Shown: one piece after another, positions 51,581 to 62,180 of the stretch
Layout: each line of letters begins with the position of its first letter
Position numbering within the stretch: position 1 is the first letter of the stretch
Assembly: GCA_000002445.1 (NCBI GenBank)
Contig: CP000071.1
Span: 1,536,001-1,600,000 of the forward strand
Direction of reading: 5' to 3'
From: Trypanosoma brucei
Taxonomy: Eukaryota
Length of the DNA: 64,000 nucleotides
Made by a program: the position numbers and the translations under genes
Notes under the pieces: model-generated
Database searches by the model: none
What the model saw: only the letters and a program-made list of their open reading frames with translations
What the model was told of the DNA's origin: nothing

Positions 51581-54500
51581 CCCTCTTCAGGCGTCGCAAC
51601 CTCAAACACGCGCGAGCCTCCGTCTACTTTCCAGTAAATTTAACTTTTGCGAGCTCTTGGGTCCAATGGAAACACCGGTGCCCTTTTGATTTGAACCTTG
51701 GTTTTAATGAAACGTGTTTACAGCTTCTGGTACAAAAAGACGTGCGGGTCATGCCTTTCCCTCAGCCTCATCATTTTCGCGATGCTTTAAGGAGGAGCAA
51801 AAGAGGGAGACGGACGCCATTAAGGAGCGGTGTCCCCGGTGCCTGGTGACTCGTGGTGGGAAGTGAAGAAGGGACTAATTAAACCTTCTTCTGGAAAATG
51901 GTGACTGCCGCATCGGCTGTTTATTAACCCCTGTTTCGCATCCTCACATACGCCCCTCGGCTTCGAGGATGCGAAGCGGAGTTGCAGCCAGATCATTATG
52001 GCGCTTATTATCCTCCACACTCTACGGGGAGTCGACCCTCAGGAGAGGTTCCTTCACAAAATTCAATGAAAAAGCTGTACAAAAAAGGGAAGGAGGCGCT
52101 CCCGGGCGCGCCTTCAGAGTGATGAGGAAGAGCAAAGGGTTACCCAAACCCTGTTAATGTTTGCATTCTTACCATACGATGCGAACTGTTATTCTTTGTA
52201 ACTAAATAACCCTAAAAGTTTTATTGGTAGCGAGCGGCAAACGTCCTTTTTAAAATATGATGCTTGATTTACGCTGCTTGACTGTGTTTCGCCGGCCCTT
52301 TAGGATTGTGGTTTCGAAGAGGCACGAGTCCCCAATGCCGCCACTGAGCCGTTTACAAAAATATTTGAGGGATTGGAGAAATATATCCAAAAAGGAAAAG
52401 GCGTCACCAACGCTGTGCCTTTGAAACGGGCCGAGGCGCGGATACTTTTCCGTGTCCCCGACTCTCTTGGGTTTGTCTCAGTATCAGCAGCTGAACGCCG
52501 AAAGTTTGGGATTTATCCCTCAGGACTGGAAGCTGCCCACAGCAATAAAGGCGTGGTGGTAGACAGGCGTTACGTGCAAACGGGTTGGAGCACACTCAAT
52601 TCAGCGAGACATGCAGTGCGGTTTCCTATTCCATTCGGAAGAAAAAAATATACTTACACGCATGCAGCGGAACCCGTCATCAACTCTTACCTGGCGCACT
52701 TTCTGTCGTTCCGGAGCCGCGGTTTTTCCATCACTAACATTCCCATCACATAATCCCAACCTTTCAATTGGGATGAAATATTGCTGTCATTTTCAATAAT
52801 AAATAAGTTATCTTCCATTGACGCTCGACTAATGTTGCTAATGACCTTCCCTACAAGCAGTACGAAAACAAGCGATGTGACACATTTGTAACAGGGAATT
52901 ACGACAGGACCATCGCGTTTGCACTTGGATGAACGTTCAACTCCCCTATTCCATCCTCACCACACACACACACACACACACCACGGCAGCAGTGGTATTT
53001 GGAAAAAAAAACATGCAAAGTGGTACCTCCGCAAAAAAAAAATAATAATAAGAAAAACAAGTGAGGAAGGAGCGGAGGGAAAAGAGAGCAAGGGAAAGAT
53101 ATAAGTTAATCCAACCACATTCTCTTCACACACCCTATTTTTTTCCTTCGTTAAGTCGACCTCATCTTTACTTCAATTTCTAAGGCAAGGGAACAAATAA
53201 CTTAATTGGAGGCGTCTGCACCTCCCGTCATGTGTACCGGTACCACAGCGGTTTAACAAAAACAACAAAATTAAGTAAAGTCTCCACGGGTGAATGGCGA
53301 TCTGAGTCTTTCACCTTATACATGGCGGAGGCTAACCTGGCGCCCGCCCGTCAATATAAAAAAGGGATGCGTACGCACATATACACCACATACATACATA
53401 TACATAAATATACATAAAGTAAGCACGTAAGTGTAGAAATTTACATATATTTTAATTATATATGATGCCCAACAGACGACGATAAAGGCGGCTACACCGA
53501 CCGCCATAACACACACGCACACGCACACGCACACACACACACACAATAATAACAATAAAGACGGATAAAAACATGGAATGAAGCGCAGTAAAACAGTCGC
53601 ACCTCGCGCGTACAATACGGGCGAACAAATATAAACAGCGGGAACATTCCTGAAGATGCTTAGGGGTTGAATTGGTGCAACGAGTTTTTCATCAAGCAGC
53701 GATAAGAAAGTTTTTTTTTTGCTTGAATGCAATGAAAAAAATTTATGGACGTGTGCTTAAACAACATAGGAGAATAATTGGCACAAATCTCAGGAGGTTA
53801 CGGTGTGTGTGTGGAATTTGTATTCGACTATGAATCTTAAAAAAAGGGGGGACTATGAAGTGGTTAAACGATTAAAAAAAAAAATTCGAATGCCGGGGCT
53901 CATTTGCAACATGGTACCAGAATTAACTGTTGCTAACTCATCGGTGCCGTGCAGGCTTTTACAAATTCGATATTTCCCATTACTTTTGTTTTTTTTATTT
54001 CTTCAATTTCCCTGTTTCACCCTTTGTTTGATCCAACCACCAGATTATCATTTGTTTTGTTAAGTACGATGAAGCACAACGCTAATAGTAGAAAGAAGGA
54101 AAAAAAAAAGAACGATACAATAAATAAAGGTAGATGCGAATAAACACATGCGGAGTGCATGCTTTTTAAAAAAAAGGAAAAGAGGGAAGGATATGTGGTA
54201 ACGGAGGTTCTGATGTAAAAGAAGCGGATGTCACCACCATCAGGTCTCACACGCCTCACCCCAAGCGGTTGCTGCTCTCGCAATATTCCCTTGAAGGAAC
54301 ACAACCGGTAGATGTAATATAAATCGCCATGGACTGCTGCGCGCATGTGGCTATGATCCTTTTTAGTGACGGCTTTCAATTCCCCGTAGCGGCTGTATTG
54401 AAGGAGGAATAATATCGCCGGTATGCCACGTCTGGCTCGCCGTTGGGTAAACCGCGGCTGCTTAAAGTCGGTTATTGCAATTCCCGCCGCGTTGGGTAAC

Positions 54501-57472
54501 TGACAGCGTCCAGTACAAGTGGTGAGGTTCCATCTTAATGTCAGCCCCCGTGCGCATACCAGCGGTGTTGCTTACATAAAATAGATGTCACGTGACTCTT
54601 GGAGTTTAGCGGAGGCAGTGACGGTTCTTCGGTTTTACAACTCTCACTCTCATTTCGTGATTCGTCAATGGCCGCTATGGGTAACGAGTGCAGGAACTTT
54701 GGGAAGAAAATTTCTGTTACCGTTGTCGTTGTAATAATAGTGGTGGTGCATTTTTTTCTCCTACGGGGTTTCTGTGCGTTCTCAGGGTAAGCAGTGGAAA
54801 TACTGCACTGATTGAGCGACCCCCGAGACGCCTTATTAAGTTCAGTGGAGCTTAATTTACATCCCACGCGGCGGTCCCGCGCTTCAGATGTGTGCGGAAA
54901 GTTAACAAAGAACTCAGGTATTTCCACATCGACCGCGTTGGTATGTGGAACCCCAGGTTTGTGGCGCCGCTGCTCTGAATCTTGGCAGTGAGACGGAAGC
55001 GCCGATGGCAGTGACGGGCACACCATGCCACCGTTATCCAGTGGCTTTTCCATTATCACCTTGCTTTTTCTCAAGTCCCCGCTGCCACTTTCCCCTCAGC
55101 TTCAGCCACCGAACCTCACCTTAAGGTGCTTTCCAATTGTTTGCTTTGTGAAAGTGATGCGTTCGGCACCTTCCTAGAAACAGTGTTACCACCACTATTT
55201 TTTTTTTCCCGCCCGATATGTTGCTTCAATACCCCACTTGGAACCACGCTGATCCCTACCTGATGCGCTCCTGTTACCCAAAGAACGTACCCAACTTACA
55301 ATTGAAGGGATGGAGAATGATAGTGACAATAATAACAGTGATATCGCTTTAACATAACATTTCCGAAAGTTCCACACACTTTAAAGGAGGTGAGAGCGCT
55401 TCATGGCACTGGTGCAATATATATTTGCAGGAAGGAAAGCGTTTGACGGTGAAAAAGGGACAAAAACGCACTGTTTACTAACGAACGCCCGGAAAAAAAA
55501 TGGTGAAGTGAATACCCCAGAAGAAAAATACGATATAGTCGCCTAAAGATATAGTGGCCTCAAGCCGTTAGGATGTATCGTCACCGTGTGACTGAAGGTT
55601 AAGCAAAACCCCACACTTGTGCTCGGTCACATACAGAAACAAGCATACCACCGTGCGGTTACCCGATCCAGCCGCACCTGGAGTAAAATCAATGGCACGG
55701 AGGGTAAAAAAAAAAAATGGCGACATAAACAAGAAACGCACAAATGCGAAGCAAAACGACAGCAACAACAACAACACCGTCAAAAATACCAAAAGGGAAC
55801 GGAGTTGATGGAAGGATAAAGAAGCAGAAGGTGAGGGGCTTCGAGATTGGACAATTTTTGTCCATCACTAGGGCCCCTACAGCACTGACCACTATATGAA
55901 ACTAATTCTGGTCAGTAGCAGAGGTTATAGTGGCAAGAGGACTTAACACCAGCAGATGGCACTATGTATCCGAGTTTATACACGTGTGTGTCAAATCGGT
56001 GTCGTTATCAAATTACTTCTCTAGACTTTACCACACTTGCAGGCAGCATAGCGTCATGATCGGTGCCTGCTGGCCGATTGCACCCCCCTTCTTCACTGTG
56101 TGCGGTCAAGAGGGAAGGTACTAGGAACAAATTGATGACTAAACTTTCACCTCTACCGTCATCGCCATTGTGTTGGTTGGAACTTTTTTAACCTTTCCAT
56201 CACTACCGGCACGCCGGCGCCCTCTACTTCTCTTTGGGTTCTCATCTATCCGAATGTGTGGCTGCCGCCGGAAAGTAAAGCGGCAGCACATCAGAGCTGT
56301 TGAGGATCACGGGCATTAAATCCCCACGACAGAACGCAAAAGGCACCTAAACGTCCCTTGCGCCGATGAAATGACTTACGCAACACACCCAAAAAGATCG
56401 CGAACGCGCGTGAGTCCAGTACATTGGGTACTGAAAATGTGCGACGCCCACAACTATATCACGGAGATGCCCCTACGACAGCATCCCAACTCCCTTGCAG
56501 AGAACGAGCAATGACATTCACCATAAATTTGAACTCAAAAAAATCAATTGGACTCTCCAATGTCTCGCAGTTAAAGTCCGCCAGAGCACTCATATGGACG
56601 CGAGAGACCCTCCCTTCTCACTGTGGTTGCTCATGCCTTGGGGAAGGTGTGAGATCCCCTGGCGGCGGCGAGGGGGAAATTGTAGTTGTTGTTGTGGGAG
56701 ACATCCATGTGGCCGTCTTCTTAGAGGCTAATAAACGAGAGCAACTTTCTCTCCTTGGTGGTGGAACGTCCATGAGTTCTTCGCACGCGGGGACAGGGCT
56801 GAATGGTGTGTGTGGAGTTAATTCCGTTGGGGTATAAGACGGTAAGCACACGGAAGGCATGTCCAAGTCAACGGCTTCAACACGCGGCTGACGCCTTATC
56901 ACGCGAGAGGGAGCAACTGCACAGGGGCTCGGCACTGCCTCCTGCGCTGATGTCATGTGGCTGTGCTCCAGAACTTTGTCGTCTTGCATTGTACTTGAAG
57001 GCAGTGACGTGGTGACGCCCACGACCACAACCATCCTGCGTGCAGAGCGAGGCATTGCGTGAGCAAGGAAAGGAAGAAAAGTAAACGCAAGTAAGTGCCG
57101 AGGCATGACTCACAAAATTTTGTTGAGGAAACAAATTTCCCACATCCCATCTGGCGTATATCCAAAAGCGACCAAGCACGAAAGTAGTTTTGCCCTTTCA
57201 GGCACTCTAGTGCTCAAGAAAAGGCGAATAACCGAATATTTCCCATTAGTTGCCGTCCTTAGTTGTGGTCGCAACCAAAGCCGAGGTACAAGTGGTTGCG
57301 CCACTTCCCGTCGTGTGATTGGACCATACGGAACATAAAACCCTTATATTGTAATACAAAACGGATTACGCGAGTACACTTACATTCATACAATGGCTTC
57401 TGTTGTGTGTCTCCCTCCCCCCACCTTTTCACACAACGGAAGTCTCTACCGTACAAACAAAATCGCCACAAC

Positions 57473-58849
57473 TCAGGCACTCGGCGCCAACAGGTAATCG
57501 AACACCTCTTTTGGTCCAAGCATGACGCTACGAAGGAAACCACGTGAAACAAACGGGGTGTCATTCCTATCATAGTTTCCACCTTGTCCGCGATATCCTT
57601 TGCCACGTCGCTGTGATGTGGCGCCGTTACCGCTACCTGCTTGAGGTAGGAAACGCTGCGCATAGGAACACACGATGTACGTGGCGGTTCCGAACATAAC
57701 AACACGAACAACTAACCGACCAATTGCATGGTACTGCAACTGCAGTTGATGGTTAATGCGCTTCTTTATAGCGCTTGGTCTCCAGTCCCATATGCTCGGT
57801 GGAACGTAGGCGTCAGAGTGTGCATTTGCTCGACTATCTTTCGACTCCTCCTCTTCCTCTCGTCGTCGGCGGATTTCCTCGCCCTCAACCTCAACTGCCC
57901 GCATTCCATCACCAAGAATAACTCCAAGCGAGCGAAATTGATCTCTACTTAGTGCACAGTAGTTTATATCAAGACTATCATAAACACCGACGTACTCCAA
58001 AATTTGACGCTGCAATAGTTCCACACCAAAAAGAAATTGTGCCTCCGTGATGGGAATTAACTCCCCAGGTTCTTTTCCCACGTGGACTGCAAAACACTGC
58101 TCCACGTATTTTTTCCCCCAGAACCCATCCTTTTTCGCTATGTCTGCGTACCGCTGAACGGCCCACAAGCTATAGTCCCGGTATCGCACAAGATAATACT
58201 CCTCCTCGTTAATGGAGCATAACCCCATACGCAACTGCTCCTTGAAAGTTTTGGAGGGTACGTTACCCTTGAACCCTGTTGGTCCCCGTGGCATTCTAAC
58301 ATTACTTTTGAAGCTATCCGCATCCGCACCGGTTCCGGCCTTGGGAGCATCTCCGTGCAAATACGCACTACCGCCGTCAAATAGGTTGCGTTCCATCTGC
58401 AAAAGCGCCGCCGACGCTTTGGAAAGTCTGAATACATCATGCGAGATGTCAATGTTGTCACCCGTGCAGGTGGAAAAGTTACACTGCAGTTCGGCCAGTG
58501 GCCGACTGTGCACGAGAACGTACGTACGGTTGGCCGCGGTTCGTTTCTGTATCGCTTCCAGAAGACCAACCTCATTCCGAGTGGCGTCAGGAACCCAAAA
58601 CGTCTCGGAAATGTCTTGTGGGCGGACCAGCGAAGTGAGCGCGAATACGCTTCCCCCACCCTCTGCCGCAATGGATGACGTCGATGCTGTTGGGGTTGCT
58701 GTGAAAACGCGTGGATCCCTCTGTCGGACGATAATGGGGCGTCCAATGGAAGACGGCGTGAAAGAGTGCGGCTGTGACTGTTGCACAATTGCTTGCCCCT
58801 CTGAGTGCACCACAACGGAGTGTTGCGACCACTGTGGTGAGAGGGACAT
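57473..58849 (-). CDS. Hypothetical protein (458 aa) with a hydrophobic C-terminal segment (possible tail anchor or TM).
   Basis: The ATG was checked (cat at 58847–58849). This is the first gene of the minus-strand unit after the strand-switch region. The hydrophobic segment is 'HAIGRLVVRVVMFGTATYIVCSYAQRFL', followed by a basic, G-rich tail. No family is recognised. Confidence 0.55.
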   Translation of the reverse strand: MSLSPQWSQHSVVVHSEGQAIVQQSQPHSFTPSSIGRPIIVRQRDPRVFTATPTASTSSIAAEGGGSVFALTSLVRPQDISETFWVPDATRNEVGLLEAIQKRTAANRTYVLVHSRPLAELQCNFSTCTGDNIDISHDVFRLSKASAALLQMERNLFDGGSAYLHGDAPKAGTGADADSFKSNVRMPRGPTGFKGNVPSKTFKEQLRMGLCSINEEEYYLVRYRDYSLWAVQRYADIAKKDGFWGKKYVEQCFAVHVGKEPGELIPITEAQFLFGVELLQRQILEYVGVYDSLDINYCALSRDQFRSLGVILGDGMRAVEVEGEEIRRRREEEEESKDSRANAHSDAYVPPSIWDWRPSAIKKRINHQLQLQYHAIGRLVVRVVMFGTATYIVCSYAQRFLPQAGSGNGATSQRRGKGYRGQGGNYDRNDTPFVSRGFLRSVMLGPKEVFDYLLAPSA

Positions 58850-59367
58850 GTCAGCGTTGCGGTAAGCAAACAGCGAAGACGGGGGAAATACTAAGTTGCC
58901 GAAGGTGCGGCTGCTGCTATAGGAAGCACAAGAGCCGTTGATCTACTTTTTCCTACCCTTGCTTGTCACTATGGATCCTTTGGGTAGCACGAAGCAATCA
59001 GTATTTTTGCCTTCCCCACCTTCCTTTCCAGGATGAATATTTGGAGAGGGCACGGCAGAAATCGGAAGGGGTGATAGAACAGAGAAGAGATGAGTGGCAG
59101 CAGCGAAGGGGGAAGTATGCAAATGGGGGAGGTCCGCTCGATCGAGATAAGAAAAACGGACAAAAGCTTTTCCACCTCGCATCAACTGCTTTACGCAGCA
59201 AAAGGAACAAGCGTACACCCACACGCACGAACACGAAAGGCCAAAGGGGTTGCCCCCTCCCCACGATAAGCAGTGGAAATACGCTGGACGCACCGGGAGC
59301 ATACGTGCCTGTTTGGCCGGCTCCTTTCCTTCATAGCATTTATTTTGTATCTTGATTATGCATTGGC

Positions 59368-59661
59368 TTAAACCCTGCCCACACGGTCGCGTGGAATTAG
59401 GCGTATCTCCTGGCCATATTTCATGAAGACATTTCCCGCTGTCTGTGCAGGGTTGATGCCCGTACCGTCCTTCGTTGTGGCTGCCATGGAATCCACTGAC
59501 GCAATGCCGAACTCCTCGGCAGCAAACCGTAGTGCTGCTGTCAGAGGTGCCTCTTCCGCAATGCTTATGACGCGGAAGGGTTGGCTCCGCTCCGAAGTGA
59601 GGATAATACGGAAGGTCACTTTACCGCCAGAGCGCGCAGGGGCTTCTTCATTTTGAGACAT
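59368..59661 (-). CDS. UFM1: Ubiquitin-fold modifier 1 (UFM1) precursor, 97 aa.
   Basis: '[84 protein letters not shown]' matches human UFM1 '[81 protein letters not shown]'. The conserved C-terminal Gly is followed by a 2-aa extension (RV). The ATG was checked (cat at 59659–59661). Confidence 0.85.
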   Translation of the reverse strand: MSQNEEAPARSGGKVTFRIILTSERSQPFRVISIAEEAPLTAALRFAAEEFGIASVDSMAATTKDGTGINPAQTAGNVFMKYGQEIRLIPRDRVGRV

Positions 59662-60785
59662 TATTAGCTAACAACCTCCCCTTCACTAAATCACCCGCCT
59701 CCAGAAGTTATTCTGTTCCCTTGTGTGCTTGCCGTGCTGCTGATTTCCTTCTCGCTTTTGTCCAAACTACTGCTTTCGTGTACAGGCCTAGCTAACTTAT
59801 GACCAACAAAACAGGAGTAGAGGGGCGAAGGAAGCACTTCACGAAAATCTGCATATGCAACCATCACAAAAAGGGGGAAATACCGGCATGAGTTAATATG
59901 GGACAGTTGCATTGTCCAAACTGTTGGGGTGGGAGGCTCTCCTGACTCACTGAGGAATAAACAAGGCGGGAAACAGTCACCGCAACAAACGCCTTGTTTC
60001 CCCAGGTCAGTAGAGCAGTGCAGCAACCAATCACTTGAAATGCTCGCCCACACTCCCGTTCGACGCACCGTACGAATTTCCCCACATTTCCAGGTCATAG
60101 TTGCCGTTTGTAGCGGTGGAAACAAACTCTACACACCTGCTCACGATGTTCCCACGCCTCGCAAGCGAAGATAGGAAGAAAATAAATAAACTGAATACTG
60201 AAAGTTGTTGGGATTAATTTTTTTTTTATAAAAAAAAATAAGTAATAGTGTCTTCGTTTGTGCACACACAGAAACACATGATACGCTAAGCTCCCAACTT
60301 CAAGCAACGGAACTAGCTGTAATGACTTATCACAGCGCTTTACTTCCTCCTTGTTGTTGTTCACTACTAATGAAGGAGATTACGGTACCAACATCCAACG
60401 GCAGGGGTACGTAACTCCAATTGATGCGAAAGAAACTGTCATGGAGGAAAACGCTAATAAAAACAGTAGTGAGAAGATTCAAAAACAACAGAGGGGGGGA
60501 CTACGATATTTGATTGGTGACGTTCTGTCTGCTTTGGAAATATAGAAGGGAGTAAAGAAAGCTTATGCACTTGAAAGAAGGAAAGTAGCAAGATAGAGAA
60601 CGCTAAATGCGATGAATGCTGCCGGGACCACCGCTGTGGATCATCCGTAATTATACTATGTTGAAGACATCCCTGTAAGTGTAACAACTACATTGTAAGA
60701 ACTGCCTATTTTCCAATAATGAGGAAGCCACACCCCTGCACTTCCAAAACAAATAATCGTAGATATATATATATATATATATATA

Positions 60786-62180
60786 TTACGGATATACACT
60801 GTGTTCTCGAAGTGATTGGCGTAACATGGAAGCCATGACATCAAGCGGCCGCTGCATTAGTGCCACTGTGTTACTGACAAAAGGATGGGACAGCGCCTCC
60901 TGAACCGACATCCTCTGTGACGGCTCATAACGGATCAGCCTCCGTAGAAAATCAGTACCTTCAACACCCACGCGTCCCTGGAAGCCGGATGCTTTCACAT
61001 ACTCATCGAATGCGGATGGAAAACACAACTCCGGCGGGAAATGATACAGCTCGTCCCTGGGGTCCGCAACACAACCACTCTCTCCATCAATACCTACACG
61101 CATTACGGCGGAGAGGTGTGAGGTGCCTGTTGCAGTTTTTTGCACATTAGGGAGATTCCTCTCGTGCTGTTTATGGACACCCCGTGAATTCTTTGTTTTT
61201 TTTCCATTTTCTGCAGGTTCCCCCCTGGCCAATTCGGCTGCAGCCTTGAGAAGTTGTACGGCCTTGGGGCAATTTTTCATAGATGGCCACGTCTCAGGTG
61301 TGGGCGTGCCAAGCAGCTTGAACGTCTTGAGCAACTGATCCACATCGGTATTTCCGCGTATTAATGGGGCGCCCGTAACCATTTCTGCGAAGATACAGCC
61401 AACCGACCACAGGTCAACGGCGAAACCGTACATTGCAGATCCCAGCAGCGCATCAGGGCTACGATACCAGAGGGATGCCACGTCGTGAGAGTACTTTTTT
61501 ACTGGGATACTCTCTATACGGGCCATCCCATAATCACCCAACTTAATTACCAACTGTGAAGTCGGAGTGGTTGAGCCAGAGGGGACAGTACCATCGGCTC
61601 CATGGTCCTCCGAAGCGATCCTGGCGTTAGGGTTTTCGGTGGGGTTCGCATTCTTGGGGCAGTTGGCTGCCTCATCAATGTCGTCCCAGTGCCCTCGCGT
61701 ATTAACTACTTCCGTTTCCCTACTAGAGACTGACATTTCACTGCCCTCAGACCCTGATATTCCGTCAACCCTAACAAAAATGTTGTCTGGTTTCAAATCT
61801 CGATGCACGACACTCCGCTGATGCATGTACCGAAGGCCCAGGAGGACTTGTTTGAGAATTTCCTTAACCTGTGTGCGCACTCTGGAGTCGTGTTTGTGCA
61901 TGAATCTCCTAAGATCATATTCGCAGTACTCAAAAATAAGAGTAAGTTTTGGCGGCTCGAAAAGCACGTCATAGAGTCGCACGATATTATTATGCCTTAG
62001 AACCTTAAGAAGCGCAATCTCCCGTATGGCGGTCGATGGTGCACCATCATCCTCACTGCCGACGATAATGCGTTTATACGCAACAATCTGACCGGTGGCC
62101 AACTCCCTCGCCTTGTACACCACTCCATAGGTTCCTTCGCCAAGCTTTCCAATGCATTGCAGTCTGTTGACAGTTGACAT
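60786..62180 (-). CDS. cdc2-related protein kinase (CDK-like CRK, CMGC group), 464 aa. It has a PSTAIRE helix, an insertion of about 75 aa before the DFG position, and DFG replaced by DYG.
   Basis: Gly loop 'GEGTYGVVYKA'. Catalytic Lys in 'VAYKRI'. 'PSTAIREIALLK' (PSTAIRE). 'HRDLKPDNIFV'. 'KLGDYGMAR' (DFG to DYG). 'WYRSPDALLG' (the CDK 'WYRAPE'). 'DLWSVGCIFAEM'. An insertion '...RVDGISGSEGSEMSVSSRETEVVNTRGHWDDIDEAANCPKNANPTENPNARIASEDHGADGTVPSGSTTPTSQ...' lies between subdomains VIb and VII. The ATG was checked. T. brucei CRK4 is reported to carry kinase-domain inserts, which may be relevant (inference). Confidence 0.85.
   Translation of the reverse strand: MSTVNRLQCIGKLGEGTYGVVYKARELATGQIVAYKRIIVGSEDDGAPSTAIREIALLKVLRHNNIVRLYDVLFEPPKLTLIFEYCEYDLRRFMHKHDSRVRTQVKEILKQVLLGLRYMHQRSVVHRDLKPDNIFVRVDGISGSEGSEMSVSSRETEVVNTRGHWDDIDEAANCPKNANPTENPNARIASEDHGADGTVPSGSTTPTSQLVIKLGDYGMARIESIPVKKYSHDVASLWYRSPDALLGSAMYGFAVDLWSVGCIFAEMVTGAPLIRGNTDVDQLLKTFKLLGTPTPETWPSMKNCPKAVQLLKAAAELARGEPAENGKKTKNSRGVHKQHERNLPNVQKTATGTSHLSAVMRVGIDGESGCVADPRDELYHFPPELCFPSAFDEYVKASGFQGRVGVEGTDFLRRLIRYEPSQRMSVQEALSHPFVSNTVALMQRPLDVMASMLRQSLREHSVYP

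Noticed and set aside
52373-52753. 126-aa ORF and GC-rich structured segment. I considered a 7SL-like or other ncRNA here because of 'GGACUGGAAGCUGCC...AGCA'
   Set aside because: I cannot match it to conserved SRP helix-8 or Alu-domain motifs by eye. It has the wrong orientation and distance for the tRNA-dependent promoter. It is left as part of the strand-switch-region finding.
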